A stretch of 64,000 nucleotides of DNA from Candidatus Methylomirabilales bacterium. GTDB lineage: Bacteria > Methylomirabilota > Methylomirabilia > Methylomirabilales > CSP1-5. The stretch spans positions 1 through 64,000 of the forward strand of contig JBHIAH010000003.1 in assembly GCA_046758505.1 (NCBI GenBank), given 5' to 3'. Both the position numbers and the translations under genes were made by a program. Numbering within the stretch: position 1 is the first letter of the stretch; each line of letters opens with the position of its first letter. Below, one piece after another: positions 36,874 through 45,880 of this stretch. Under the pieces are notes generated by a model. The model was given only the letters and a program-made list of their open reading frames with translations, did not search any database and was not told where the DNA came from.

Positions 36874-36904
36874 TGTATAAAGTATAAAAACGACCAAATG
36901 TCAA
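36874..36904 (-). promoter_or_regulatory. Probable promoter of the mlaE-shc operon
   Basis: Perfect TTGACA on the minus strand followed by an AT-rich TTTATACA 17-19 nt downstream; exact -10 ambiguous. Confidence 0.45.
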
Positions 36905-37026
36905 GAATATCCGGGCCTTTCTCGAAGACGCCCCGCCGACCCCTGGCGCTTCGGACCACCCCCCTCCCAGGACAGATCCAGGGGGACGGGCCAGACGCGG
37001 CCCCTCGTGCCGGGCGATTTTTTTGG

Positions 37027-37055
37027 TTGCAAAATTGGCGCATCCGCCTTAGGCT
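37027..37055 (+). promoter_or_regulatory. Sigma70-type promoter of the cruF-like/hpnH operon
   Basis: TTGCAA-N17-TAGGCT, ~40 nt before the ATG at 37095. Confidence 0.55.
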
Positions 37056-37094
37056 GAATGCTCACGTGCGAACCACGATCTCGCGAGGAAGTCG

Positions 37095-38015
37095 ATGGAT
37101 TCGGTCTTCTCGCTGTTGCTCGGGACCCTTGTGCTGCGGCCGTACGTCTTCGCCTTCCTGTTCCTCTATCTCTTCGCGGCCGTGGCCGACATGGGATGGC
37201 GGCGGACCCTCCTCTTCACCCTGGTGGGGTGGGGTGTCGCGTTTACCGCCGAATCCCTCTCCATCCGGGTGGGGATTCCCTTCGGTCTCTATCATTATCT
37301 GCCCACTACCGCCCATCGAGAGCTCTGGATCGCCGGGGTCCCCTTCATGGATTCTCTCTCTTTTATCTTCCTGGCCTATGCAAGCTGGAGCCTCGCCTCC
37401 CTGGCGCTGCTCCCCCCGTGTAAGGATGGGGAGCGACGGTGGGCCTTCTCGGTCCCGTACCGAGGCCGATTTCGTCCTCCCGTTCTCCTGCTCACCGTCC
37501 TCTTCTTTGTCCTCATCGACATCGTGGTAGACCCCATCGCCGTCCGGGGGGACCGCTGGTTTCTCGGCCAGATCTTTTACTACCCCGAGCCCGGTGCCTA
37601 CTTTGGGGTCCCGGTCTCCAATTTCATCGGCTGGGGGGTGGTGGGGAGCACAATCATGGCCCTCTTTACGCTCCTCGAGCGACGGATCGATCGCGGCCCG
37701 CCGGCCTGGGCGGTAGAGCTTCCCCTGCGCCCCCTGTATGGACCGGCGCTCTACTACCTCGTCCTGGCGTTTTCCCTCACCGTCACCTGGCTGATCGGGG
37801 AGCAGACACTGCTCCTCGTCGGGCTCTTCATCTACGGCCCCCTCACCACCCTCCTGGCGGTGACGATCGCCGCCCGGTGGCGGGAGGGACAGCAGGCGGC
37901 CATAGGGAATCTCAAGCCACGGCAAGGCGTTCTCTCCTCAGGGAACATCCCCTCGAACGGCCGGGGATCGCTCCCCGTGGAGGTCATGTGGAAGGAGGAC
38001 CAGCACCTCGAATAG
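37095..38015 (+). CDS. CruF-like membrane protein (carotenoid hydratase / DUF422-like family)
   Basis: AESLSIRVGIPFGLYHY, IAGVP, DIVVDP, YFGVPVSNFIGW duplicated-motif pattern; multi-TM. Confidence 0.75.
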   Translation: MDSVFSLLLGTLVLRPYVFAFLFLYLFAAVADMGWRRTLLFTLVGWGVAFTAESLSIRVGIPFGLYHYLPTTAHRELWIAGVPFMDSLSFIFLAYASWSLASLALLPPCKDGERRWAFSVPYRGRFRPPVLLLTVLFFVLIDIVVDPIAVRGDRWFLGQIFYYPEPGAYFGVPVSNFIGWGVVGSTIMALFTLLERRIDRGPPAWAVELPLRPLYGPALYYLVLAFSLTVTWLIGEQTLLLVGLFIYGPLTTLLAVTIAARWREGQQAAIGNLKPRQGVLSSGNIPSNGRGSLPVEVMWKEDQHLE

Positions 38016-38080
38016 GCAGACATCCTGACCGGTGCCGACCCAGCACACGCGCACGATCGGTCTGAAGGAGGCCATACACG

Positions 38081-39103
38081 ATGGCAGTTCCGATATCGCA
38101 AGCGTTCACCGTTGCCCGCTACGTCCTCCGTCAAAAGATACGAGGGAATAAGCACTATCCCCTCGTGCTCATGCTCGAGCCCCTCTTTCGCTGCAACCTG
38201 GCCTGTGCCGGGTGCGGCAAGATCCAATACCCCGAGCACGTGCTGGCCCGACGCCTGACGCCGGAAGAGTGCTGGGCAGCCGCCGAAGAATGCGGGGCAC
38301 CGATTGTGAGTATTCCCGGCGGAGAGCCTCTCATCCATCCCGAACTGCCCGAGATCGTTCGGGGATTGATCGAGCGGAAGAAGTACGTGTACCTCTGCAC
38401 CAATGCCCTGCTCATGGAACGAAAGCTTCCCGAGTACACGCCGTCCAAATATCTCACCTTCAGCGTCCACATGGACGGCCTCAAGGAAGACCACGACATC
38501 GCCGTGTGCCGGGACGGGGTGTACGATATCGCGGTCCGCGCGATCAAGGCCGCCCTGGGGCGCGGCTTCCGCGTGACGACCAACACCACCCTCTTCGAAG
38601 GCGCGAACCCGCCACGGGTCCGGCAATTCTTCGACTCCATGATGGAGTTAGGCGTCGAGGGGATGACGATCTCGCCGGGCTATAGCTACCAGAAGGCCCC
38701 CGATCAAGAGCACTTCCTGCGGCGCCACCGCACCACGCAGCTCTTCGCGGCCATCCTCGGCAATCCGAAGCGGCATTGGGCCTTTAACCAGTCCCCCCTG
38801 TTCCTCGAATTCCTCATGGGGAAGCGAGACTACCAGTGCACGCCCTGGGGAAACCCCACCTACAACATCTTCGGCTGGCAGCGCCCCTGCTACCTGTTGC
38901 AGGACGGCTATGCACCGACCTTCAAGGAACTGATAGAAACCACCCACTGGGACCGGTACGGGACCGGCAGAAACGACAAGTGCGCCGACTGCATGGTGCA
39001 CTGCGGCTACGAGGCCAGCGCGGTGGATGATACGTTCAGTTCATGGGCAGCGTTCGCCCGGACGGTCCAATTGACCCTTCGGCCGAATTCATCAAAGGGA
39101 TGA
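38081..39103 (+). CDS. hpnH: Adenosyl-hopene transferase (radical SAM)
   Basis: YPLVLMLEPLFRCNLACAGCGKI, SIPGGEPL, CTPWGNPT, WQRPCYL, KCADCMVHCGYE; GGAGG RBS. Confidence 0.96.
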   Translation: MAVPISQAFTVARYVLRQKIRGNKHYPLVLMLEPLFRCNLACAGCGKIQYPEHVLARRLTPEECWAAAEECGAPIVSIPGGEPLIHPELPEIVRGLIERKKYVYLCTNALLMERKLPEYTPSKYLTFSVHMDGLKEDHDIAVCRDGVYDIAVRAIKAALGRGFRVTTNTTLFEGANPPRVRQFFDSMMELGVEGMTISPGYSYQKAPDQEHFLRRHRTTQLFAAILGNPKRHWAFNQSPLFLEFLMGKRDYQCTPWGNPTYNIFGWQRPCYLLQDGYAPTFKELIETTHWDRYGTGRNDKCADCMVHCGYEASAVDDTFSSWAAFARTVQLTLRPNSSKG

Positions 39104-39110
39104 ACGATCC

Positions 39111-39503
39111 ATGCCCCAGGAAACAAAGAGGGACGGATCCGAACGGCCGCGGTGGGAGGGGCGCTCTTTCCGCCTCGAGAATCACGCGGAGCTCTACGAG
39201 GTGATCGAGGCGGCCTTCGACTATCGGGGCGACGTGACCCTCGAGCTCCGGGACCGGTCGCGAATCGAAGGGTACGTCTCCAACCGCAACACGGAAGGGA
39301 CCGAGCCGTACATCCACCTTTTTCCCAAGGACCAGCCCGGGACCATAACGATACCGTACGCGGATATTATGGCCATCGAGTTCTCGGGGGAAGACACCGC
39401 CTTTGGAAAATCCTGGGACGCCTGGATGACCAAAAGCGAGGCGTTGCGCAATGCCGAAGACGAAAGAGTTCGCGCCGAGGCCCAGGCCCGCGGGGACCTC
39501 TAG
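39111..39503 (+). CDS. Hypothetical protein between hpnH and hpnG
   Basis: 130 aa, starts 7 nt after the hpnH stop; globular beta-rich core AFDYRGDVTLEL...IEGYV...FSGEDTAFGKSW. Confidence 0.75.
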   Translation: MPQETKRDGSERPRWEGRSFRLENHAELYEVIEAAFDYRGDVTLELRDRSRIEGYVSNRNTEGTEPYIHLFPKDQPGTITIPYADIMAIEFSGEDTAFGKSWDAWMTKSEALRNAEDERVRAEAQARGDL

Positions 39504-39523
39504 GGCCGCACTCCCTACTGCGC

Positions 39524-39585
39524 GATGACCGGTGACCGCTATCCGATGACCGTAAGGAACCACGGCGTCCTTTTTCGGTCGTCGG
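39524..39585. repeat. REP-like palindromic element
   Basis: ccgatgaccg-taaggaaccacggcgtccttttt-cggtcgtcgg hairpin; similar copy at 48873-48933. Confidence 0.7.
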
Positions 39586-39805
39586 TTCAGACTCACTACC
39601 GGGAGGGCAGGTCCCCCTGCGGCGCTCGGCGGTGGCCTCGCCGGGCACGCCCCTGGTTGTATCGTGTGAATCTGGGGAGAGGTGAGTTGGAGGGGCCCGA
39701 GGAACGACGCCACCCCGGTCTGGAATTCCTCGCTCGAGCGTCCTAAGTGATGTACGGGGTTTCGGGGAGGCCACCGGGGGCCTTGATCGCTCGGAACACG
39801 GTGAG

Positions 39806-40555
39806 GTGAGGATTTCTCGATTGGCTCCCGGCCCGGCGGCCATCGTGGTGGCCCTCTCTCGGGAGGCCGCCCCCATAGCCAGGCATCTGGGTCTCCGCAG
39901 GCACGGGGTGCAGAGGGGCGTGACGCAGTACCGCGGTGGGGACGAGCGCATCCACCTCCTGCAAGTGGGGATGGGCCCCCGCGGAGCTGCCCGGGCCCTT
40001 GGTTGCCTGGAAGAGAAACAGCCCGCCCTGCTTCTGTCGGCAGGCTTCTGTGGAGGGGTTGGGACCGAGGTGAGCCTGGGGGACATGCTTGTCGCGTCCC
40101 AGGTGGTCCGACATACCGGGTCCTTTCCCGCCGACCCCCTTCTTCTCAAGACCGCAAGCCGCGTGCTCAAGACGATCGGGCTTTCCTTCCATGTGGGCAC
40201 CATCCTCACGGTCGATGAGGTCGTCGCCCCAGGTGAAGGGATGCGCGAAATGGGGGACCTGCAAATCCAGGCCGTGGACATGGAGAGTGCGTATCTGGCC
40301 GAAGGGGCGAGGCAACAGGGGATCCCCTTCCTGGCAATGAGAGTCGTCTCGGATACCCCGGCCGAGCCCTGGGCGGCCGAAGGGAAGCTCTTCGTGGAAC
40401 CGGACGGCCGCCTCAAGCCGGTGTCGCTCGCGGCCTCCCTCCTCCGCCATCCCGTGTGGATCCCCCAGTTGCTCCGTGTCGGGTCCACGCTCCGACGGGC
40501 CACGCGTCGGCTCGCCCGGGGGATCGAAGCCCTCCTGAAGGAGCTGAACGCGTGA
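39806..40555 (+). CDS. hpnG: Adenosylhopane nucleosidase-like phosphorylase
   Basis: VALSREA, GMGP, LSAGFCGG, AVDMES, MRVVSD (PNP/MTAN fold); downstream of hpnH. Confidence 0.8.
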   Translation: MRISRLAPGPAAIVVALSREAAPIARHLGLRRHGVQRGVTQYRGGDERIHLLQVGMGPRGAARALGCLEEKQPALLLSAGFCGGVGTEVSLGDMLVASQVVRHTGSFPADPLLLKTASRVLKTIGLSFHVGTILTVDEVVAPGEGMREMGDLQIQAVDMESAYLAEGARQQGIPFLAMRVVSDTPAEPWAAEGKLFVEPDGRLKPVSLAASLLRHPVWIPQLLRVGSTLRRATRRLARGIEALLKELNA

Positions 40556-40826
40556 GGGCGCTCGTTCTCCGGCCCCGCGAAGAAGACCCTCCTTCAGGAC
40601 CTCACCGAGGCCGCCGGATTCCAGGGGGTGGAACGGACAACCAGCAGGGAGGAGCCCCCGGCGGTTGGGTCGTGACTCCCCGGGGGGACGGGGTCCGCCT
40701 TTCCGCTGACTTGAACCGGGACGGGGGATCGGGACGAGAAGGTTCCCCGGGCTTCACGCTCCCCCCGAGGCCATCACCCTGCGCCTCCGGCGGGCGGCAG
40801 TGAGAATTGACTGAGGAGAGGGAGTC

Positions 40827-41822
40827 GTGAAGAGGCCCTGGGGCAAGATAGCAGCGCTCTGTCTCGGCCTCTTCCTCTTCCTGTGGATCCTCGGACGGGT
40901 CGGACTCGCTGAGACGCTCGCTCTGATCCGTCAGGTCGGCTGGAGTTTTCCGCCCCTCCTCCTCCCGTCCGTGTTGATGTGGGCCCTTTTTTCCCTGGGC
41001 TGGTGGTGGACCCTCCCCTCGGGGGTGCCCTTCCCTCACCTCCTCCTGATCCGAGCGGCGGGTGAGGCGGTCAACACCATTACGCCCCTGGCGTACGTGG
41101 GGGGTGAACCGCTCAAGGCCTCGCTGCTCTGCCGCCTCGGCATTCCCCTCACCGACGGTCTCGCCTCGGTTGTGGTCACGAAAACCATCGCCGCCTCGGC
41201 GTATTGTCTCTTTATCTTCGCGGGGCTCGCCACTGCCCTCATCGGCACCAGGAATTCCACGTCCGCCCTCGTGGGGGGGGCCGGCGCGGGACTCTTCCTC
41301 GCCATTGCGGTCGTCGTTCTGTACTACAGCCAGCGGCGGGGGCTCTTTTCGCTCCTCCACCGCCTGGTCTATCGGCTCGGCGTCAGGGGCGAGGCCTGGA
41401 TGGCCAAACGCGAAGTGCTCGAGAGCCTGGACGCCAAGATCGTGACCCTCTACCAAAGCCGGAAGCGCCTCTCGGGCTGCCTGGTTTTTTCTCTGCTTGG
41501 CTGGTTCGTGAGCCCCATCGAGACCTACTTCTTTCTCTGGGCCCTGGGAACGCCCGTGGACCTCATTACCGTGATCGTAATCCAGGCGCTGGTGCTCGGC
41601 GTCAAGGCCGCCAGCTTCTTCATTCCGGGCAGCCTGGGGGCCCAGGAGGGGGGAAACGTTTTGATCTTCGTCGGCCTCGGCATGGGCGCGGACATCGCCA
41701 TGGCCTACAGTCTGTTGCGCAGGGCCCGGGAGGTCGCCTGGATCCTCCTCGGCGCCGTGGTCCTCACACGATTCGGGTGGGGGGAACTCAAGGCGCTGCC
41801 CGAGACGGAGCCAGGATCATGA
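40827..41822 (+). CDS. Flippase-like membrane protein (HpnL-like / LPG-synthase TM)
   Basis: RAAGEAVNTITPLAYVGGEPLKA, FFIPGSLGAQEGG, RRAREVAW. Confidence 0.85.
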   Translation: MKRPWGKIAALCLGLFLFLWILGRVGLAETLALIRQVGWSFPPLLLPSVLMWALFSLGWWWTLPSGVPFPHLLLIRAAGEAVNTITPLAYVGGEPLKASLLCRLGIPLTDGLASVVVTKTIAASAYCLFIFAGLATALIGTRNSTSALVGGAGAGLFLAIAVVVLYYSQRRGLFSLLHRLVYRLGVRGEAWMAKREVLESLDAKIVTLYQSRKRLSGCLVFSLLGWFVSPIETYFFLWALGTPVDLITVIVIQALVLGVKAASFFIPGSLGAQEGGNVLIFVGLGMGADIAMAYSLLRRAREVAWILLGAVVLTRFGWGELKALPETEPGS

Positions 41823-42820
41823 AGGCGCTGGTGACCGGAGCGACCGGCTTCGTCGGGGCAAACCTCATCCGGGAGCTTCTCAAAGACGGCACAGCCGTGC
41901 GAGCCCTGGTGCGCGCCGGAAGTCCACGCACCACCCTCGAGGGGCTCGACATCGAAACGGTCAATGGAGACCTCCAGGACCGGGACAGCCTGCGGGATGC
42001 ACTCAAGGGGTGCCGGGTTCTGTACCACGTGGCCGCCCGCTACAGCCTTGCCTCAAGGGATGCGGCCGAGATGTACCGGGCCAATGTGGAGGGGACCCGA
42101 AACATCCTGGAGGTTGCGTTGGAGCTCGGCGTCGAGCGGGCCGTCTATACCAGCACGGTGGGGGCCCTGGGGATCCCCAAGGATCACCGCCCCGGAACCG
42201 AGGAGACTCCGGTGACCCTAGCAGAGATGGTCGGCTCCTACAAGCGGTCCAAGTTCCTGGCCGAGCGGGAGGCGGAGCGGATCGGAGGCCTGGGGCTGCC
42301 GGTGGTCATCGTCAATCCCTCCACGCCGGTGGGGCCCTGGGATGTCAAGCCGACCCCGACCGGCCGGATGATCGTGGATTACCTCAAGGGGCGGATGTTC
42401 GGGTACATCCATACCGGTCTCAATCTGGTCCACGTCCGGGATGTGGCGCGGGGCCACATCCTGGCAGCCCGGAAAGGGCGGGTCGGGGAAAAGTATATCC
42501 TGGGAAACCAGAATCTCACGCTGCGCGAGATCTTTAGGATGCTCGAGCAGATCTCCGGAGTCCCCGCCCCGCGCTTCAGGATCCCCTATCCGGTTGCCCT
42601 CGTGGCCGCGGGCGCCTCCGAGGGGTACGCCCGGTTGCGCCGGCAGGAACCGCAGATCCCATGGACTGGGGTCCGCATGGCGCGCAAGATGATGTTCTTT
42701 AACCCTGCGAAGGCCGTCCGCGAACTGCAGTTCCCCCAGACGCCGGTCGCCGAGGCGCTCCGAGAGGCCGTCGACTGGTACTGGGCCCGCGGATACGCTC
42801 CCCGCCCGAAGGGGGCCTAG
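41819..42820 (+). CDS. hpnA: Hopanoid-associated NAD-dependent epimerase/dehydratase
   Basis: ALVTGATGFVG, HVAARY, YTST, YKRSK, NPSTPVGPWDVKPTPTG; ATGA overlap. Confidence 0.92.
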   Translation: MKALVTGATGFVGANLIRELLKDGTAVRALVRAGSPRTTLEGLDIETVNGDLQDRDSLRDALKGCRVLYHVAARYSLASRDAAEMYRANVEGTRNILEVALELGVERAVYTSTVGALGIPKDHRPGTEETPVTLAEMVGSYKRSKFLAEREAERIGGLGLPVVIVNPSTPVGPWDVKPTPTGRMIVDYLKGRMFGYIHTGLNLVHVRDVARGHILAARKGRVGEKYILGNQNLTLREIFRMLEQISGVPAPRFRIPYPVALVAAGASEGYARLRRQEPQIPWTGVRMARKMMFFNPAKAVRELQFPQTPVAEALREAVDWYWARGYAPRPKGA

Positions 42821-42842
42821 CCTTGCAAGAACAAGAAGAGGC

Positions 42843-42871
42843 TTGGTAGAGTGCCAAAGGCCGCCTATAAT
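42843..42871 (+). promoter_or_regulatory. Internal sigma70-type promoter for ispA-hpnD
   Basis: TTGGTA-N17-TATAAT upstream of the GGGGGAG RBS and GTG at 42900. Confidence 0.6.
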
Positions 42872-42899
42872 CCAAGCGATCAACCATGAGGGGGGAGAC

Positions 42900-43790
42900 G
42901 TGGACCTGAAGGCGTATCTCGAAGAGCGACGGGCCGTGGTAGAGGCCGGCCTGAAGCGCTACATCCCGGGGGAGGAAACGATGCCCCCCGAGCTTCACCG
43001 GGCCATGCACTACAGCTTGTTCGCCGGGGGGAAGCGCCTGCGGCCGACCCTGACGATCGCCGCCGCGGAGGCGGTCGGCGGGGTCGCCGAAGCGGTGCTG
43101 CCCGTCGCGTGCGCCTTCGAATACATCCACACCTACTCCCTGGTTCACGACGACCTCCCGGCCATGGATGATGACGATCTGCGGCGGGGTCGCCCCACCT
43201 GTCACAAGGTCTTTGGCGAGGCCATGGCCATCCTGGCAGGCGATGCCCTCCTCACGGAGGCCTTTGTGCTCCTCGCGAATCCCGCGCACGTCGGCCACCT
43301 CGATCCGAGGCTCCTCCGGACGGTGATCCACGAGATCGCCCATGCCGCCGGGTCGCAGGGCATGGTGGGGGGACAGGCGGTGGACATCCTCTCCGAGGGG
43401 AAGGCCGTCGAGCTGTCCCTCCTGCATTACATCCATACCCACAAGACCGGGGCCCTGATCCTGTGTGCCCTGCGGGCGGGAGCCCACCTAGGCGGTGCCA
43501 CCGCGGAAGCACTCGACGCCGTCACGCGATACGGGAAGGCGGCCGGACTCGCCTTTCAGATCGCCGACGACATCCTGGACATCGAAGGCGAAGAGGCGCT
43601 GCGGGGAAAGAAGGTGGGCGGCGATGCGAGCCGCGGCAAGGCCACCTATCCGGCGCTGGTGGGACTTGCGGAGGCCAAACGGGAAGCGCAGCGGCTCGTC
43701 CGCGAGGCACTGGACGCCATCGCCTCGTTCGATCACCACGCCGATCCCCTCCGGGAGATTGCCCGCTTTATCATCTCGCGAAAGGCGTAA
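42900..43790 (+). CDS. ispA: Farnesyl diphosphate synthase (polyprenyl synthetase)
   Basis: GGKRLRP, HDDLPAMDDDDLRRG, GQAVD, HKTG, FQIADDILD, KATYP. Confidence 0.93.
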   Translation: MDLKAYLEERRAVVEAGLKRYIPGEETMPPELHRAMHYSLFAGGKRLRPTLTIAAAEAVGGVAEAVLPVACAFEYIHTYSLVHDDLPAMDDDDLRRGRPTCHKVFGEAMAILAGDALLTEAFVLLANPAHVGHLDPRLLRTVIHEIAHAAGSQGMVGGQAVDILSEGKAVELSLLHYIHTHKTGALILCALRAGAHLGGATAEALDAVTRYGKAAGLAFQIADDILDIEGEEALRGKKVGGDASRGKATYPALVGLAEAKREAQRLVREALDAIASFDHHADPLREIARFIISRKA

Positions 43791-43793
43791 GGC

Positions 43794-44660
43794 ATGCCCG
43801 AGGCCGTGGCCACCCTGGTCAAGAAGAGTCAATCCAGCTTCTACTACTCCTTTCTGTTTCTGCCCCGGCCGAAGCGAGAGGCGATCTATGCCGTGTACGC
43901 GCTCTCCCGCTCGGTAGACGATATCGCCGACGACCCCGGTGATGTGGCGGAAAAAGCCGAGCGCCTGAAGGCCTGGCGAGAGGAGCTGGACCGGTGCTAC
44001 GCGGGACGGCCAACGCATCCCATCACCACACAGCTCCGGGACTGTCTCGACCGCTACCCGGTCCCCCAGCGCTACTTCGAGGAGCTGCTCGCCGGGGTGG
44101 AGATGGACCTCACCATCTCTCGATACTCCACCTTCGCCGACCTCCACCGCTACTGCTATCGCGTGGCCTCCGTCGTGGGACTGATCTGCATCGAGATATT
44201 CGGCTACCGCCACGAGACGACGAAGGCGTACGCGGTCAACCTCGGTCTGGCCCTGCAGCTCACCAACATCCTCCGGGATCTGAAAACGGACGGCCGGCGT
44301 GGGCGCATCTACCTCCCCCAGGAAGATCTCCAGCGCTTCGAATACCGCGAGGACGATCTCCTGAACGGCCGGTATACTCCCGCCTTCTTCTCCCTCATGC
44401 GCTTTGAGGCGGACCGCGCCCGCGAGTCGTTCCGACAGGCAGCAGCGAGTCTGCACCCGGAGGACCGGAAAAACATGGTGGCCGCCGAGATTATGGGACG
44501 GATCTACCGGGAGACCCTAGAGGCCATCGAGCGGAAGAACTACCGGGTCTTCGGGGACCGGATCGCCCTGTCCACGGCCCGGAAGCTCCAGCTCGCCCTC
44601 ACGACCTGGACCCAGCACCGGTTCACGGTTCAGGGTTCAGGGTTCAGGGTCAAGGGCTGA
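43794..44660 (+). CDS. hpnD: Presqualene diphosphate synthase (squalene/phytoene synthase family)
   Basis: SSFYYSF, VDDIAD, YCYRVASVVG, LGLALQLTNILRD, GRIYLP; hopanoid-cluster context. Confidence 0.85.
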   Translation: MPEAVATLVKKSQSSFYYSFLFLPRPKREAIYAVYALSRSVDDIADDPGDVAEKAERLKAWREELDRCYAGRPTHPITTQLRDCLDRYPVPQRYFEELLAGVEMDLTISRYSTFADLHRYCYRVASVVGLICIEIFGYRHETTKAYAVNLGLALQLTNILRDLKTDGRRGRIYLPQEDLQRFEYREDDLLNGRYTPAFFSLMRFEADRARESFRQAAASLHPEDRKNMVAAEIMGRIYRETLEAIERKNYRVFGDRIALSTARKLQLALTTWTQHRFTVQGSGFRVKG

Positions 44661-44815
44661 GGTTCAAAACCTAAAAATGGCGGCCGGCTTCTTACCATGA
44701 ACTACGAACTATGAACCCTGAACCGAGCCGGCGGTCATCGGTCGTCGGACTTAGGCGAGCTCCCTTCGGGGCTGAGCCTCAGGGTCGAAGACAGTCGAGC
44801 CGTCATCGGTCACCT
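44619..44815. repeat. Heptamer-based inverted repeat plus CGGTCAT-type repeats
   Basis: ggttcagggttca (in the hpnD 3' end) pairs with tgaaccctgaacc at 44712-44724; cggtcatcggtcgtcgg at ~44732 and gtcatcggtca at ~44802. Confidence 0.7.
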
Positions 44816-44830
44816 TGGAAGGCGGACATC

Positions 44831-45880
44831 GTGAGCCGGATACCAAAAATGATGCAGGGGGCGGTCTATCGGGGGAATGGGCAGATTCGCCTGGAATCGC
44901 TCCCCGTCCCGACGATCGGCCCTGGGGAGCTCCTGGTCAGGGTCACGGGGTGCGGACTGTGCGCGACCGACGTGGGCAAGGTCGATCACGCCCTGGTCAC
45001 GCCGCCCGCCGTCCTCGGACACGAGGTCGCAGGCACAGTGGCGGCCCTGGGCGACGGGGTACAGGGACGGACGATCGGCGAGCGGGTGGTGGTCTCCCAC
45101 CATGTCCCCTGCTACGCCTGCCATTACTGCAAACATGGCAATTTTTCCATGTGCCGCACCTTCAAAGCCTCCCATATCGACCCGGGAGGCTTCGCCGAGT
45201 ACATTCGGGTCCCGGCCCTGAATGTCCAATACGCCACCTTTCCGATCCCGCCCCATCTCGAGGACGAAGAGGCGGCCTTCACCGAACCCCTCGCCTGCTG
45301 CCTCCGGGCGGTCAAGCGGCTGTCTCCCCTTCTCCACGACACGGTCCTCCTGTTCGGATTGGGCTCGATCGGCCTCATGCTCCTCCAGGTCCTGAAGCTC
45401 TATCGGGCCCGGGTCATCGGCCTGGATCTTCTGCCGGATCGCCTGGAGGCTGCGAACACCCTGGGGGCGGACCTGACCCTCAACCCGGGACGGGCAGATG
45501 TGGCCCAGGCGGCGCGGGATGTCACCGACGGCCGTGGTGCCGATGGGGCCATCTTGACGGCGGGGGGGCCGCGGGCCTTTGCACAGGCGATCGAGGCCCT
45601 CAGGGATGGCGGTGTCCTCATGCTGTTTGCCTCGGACCCGAGCCGCCCCGTGGTGGATCTGGATACCCACCGGCTCTTTCACCGGGAACTTAGCATTGTG
45701 AGCAGCTACTCCCCTTCCAGCATCGAGCTTCGGGAGGCCCTCACCCTTCTCGGCGACCGATCCGTCTTGGTCAAGGCCCTGCTCACCCATCGGGTGCCTC
45801 TTGCCGAGCTCGAGCGCGGCATGCGTTTGTTCCGGGAGAGGGAAGCCCTCAAGGTCTTCGTCGCGATGGAGAAAGAATGA
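44831..45880 (+). CDS. Zinc-dependent MDR dehydrogenase (sorbitol/threonine dehydrogenase-like)
   Basis: CGLCATD, LGHE, CYACHYC..G..SMC, GGFAEY, EPLACC, GLGSIG. Start is GTG 44831 or ATG 44849. Confidence 0.88.
   Translation: MSRIPKMMQGAVYRGNGQIRLESLPVPTIGPGELLVRVTGCGLCATDVGKVDHALVTPPAVLGHEVAGTVAALGDGVQGRTIGERVVVSHHVPCYACHYCKHGNFSMCRTFKASHIDPGGFAEYIRVPALNVQYATFPIPPHLEDEEAAFTEPLACCLRAVKRLSPLLHDTVLLFGLGSIGLMLLQVLKLYRARVIGLDLLPDRLEAANTLGADLTLNPGRADVAQAARDVTDGRGADGAILTAGGPRAFAQAIEALRDGGVLMLFASDPSRPVVDLDTHRLFHRELSIVSSYSPSSIELREALTLLGDRSVLVKALLTHRVPLAELERGMRLFREREALKVFVAMEKE

Noticed and set aside
36872..36890. CTGTATAAAGTATAAA resembling a LexA box
   Set aside because: The right half-site (ACAG) is missing; better explained as AT-rich promoter sequence.
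40552..40803. 83-codon ORF overlapping the hpnG stop (GTGA)
   Set aside because: Gly/Pro/Arg-rich with no motif; cannot be distinguished from non-coding or decayed sequence.
41204..41818. Long N-terminal extensions in the ORF track (hpnA, ino1, ATP-grasp, HAD, RhlA-like, ispH, ldhA)
   Set aside because: Downstream starts have RBSs or stop/start overlaps and coincide with the family N-termini.
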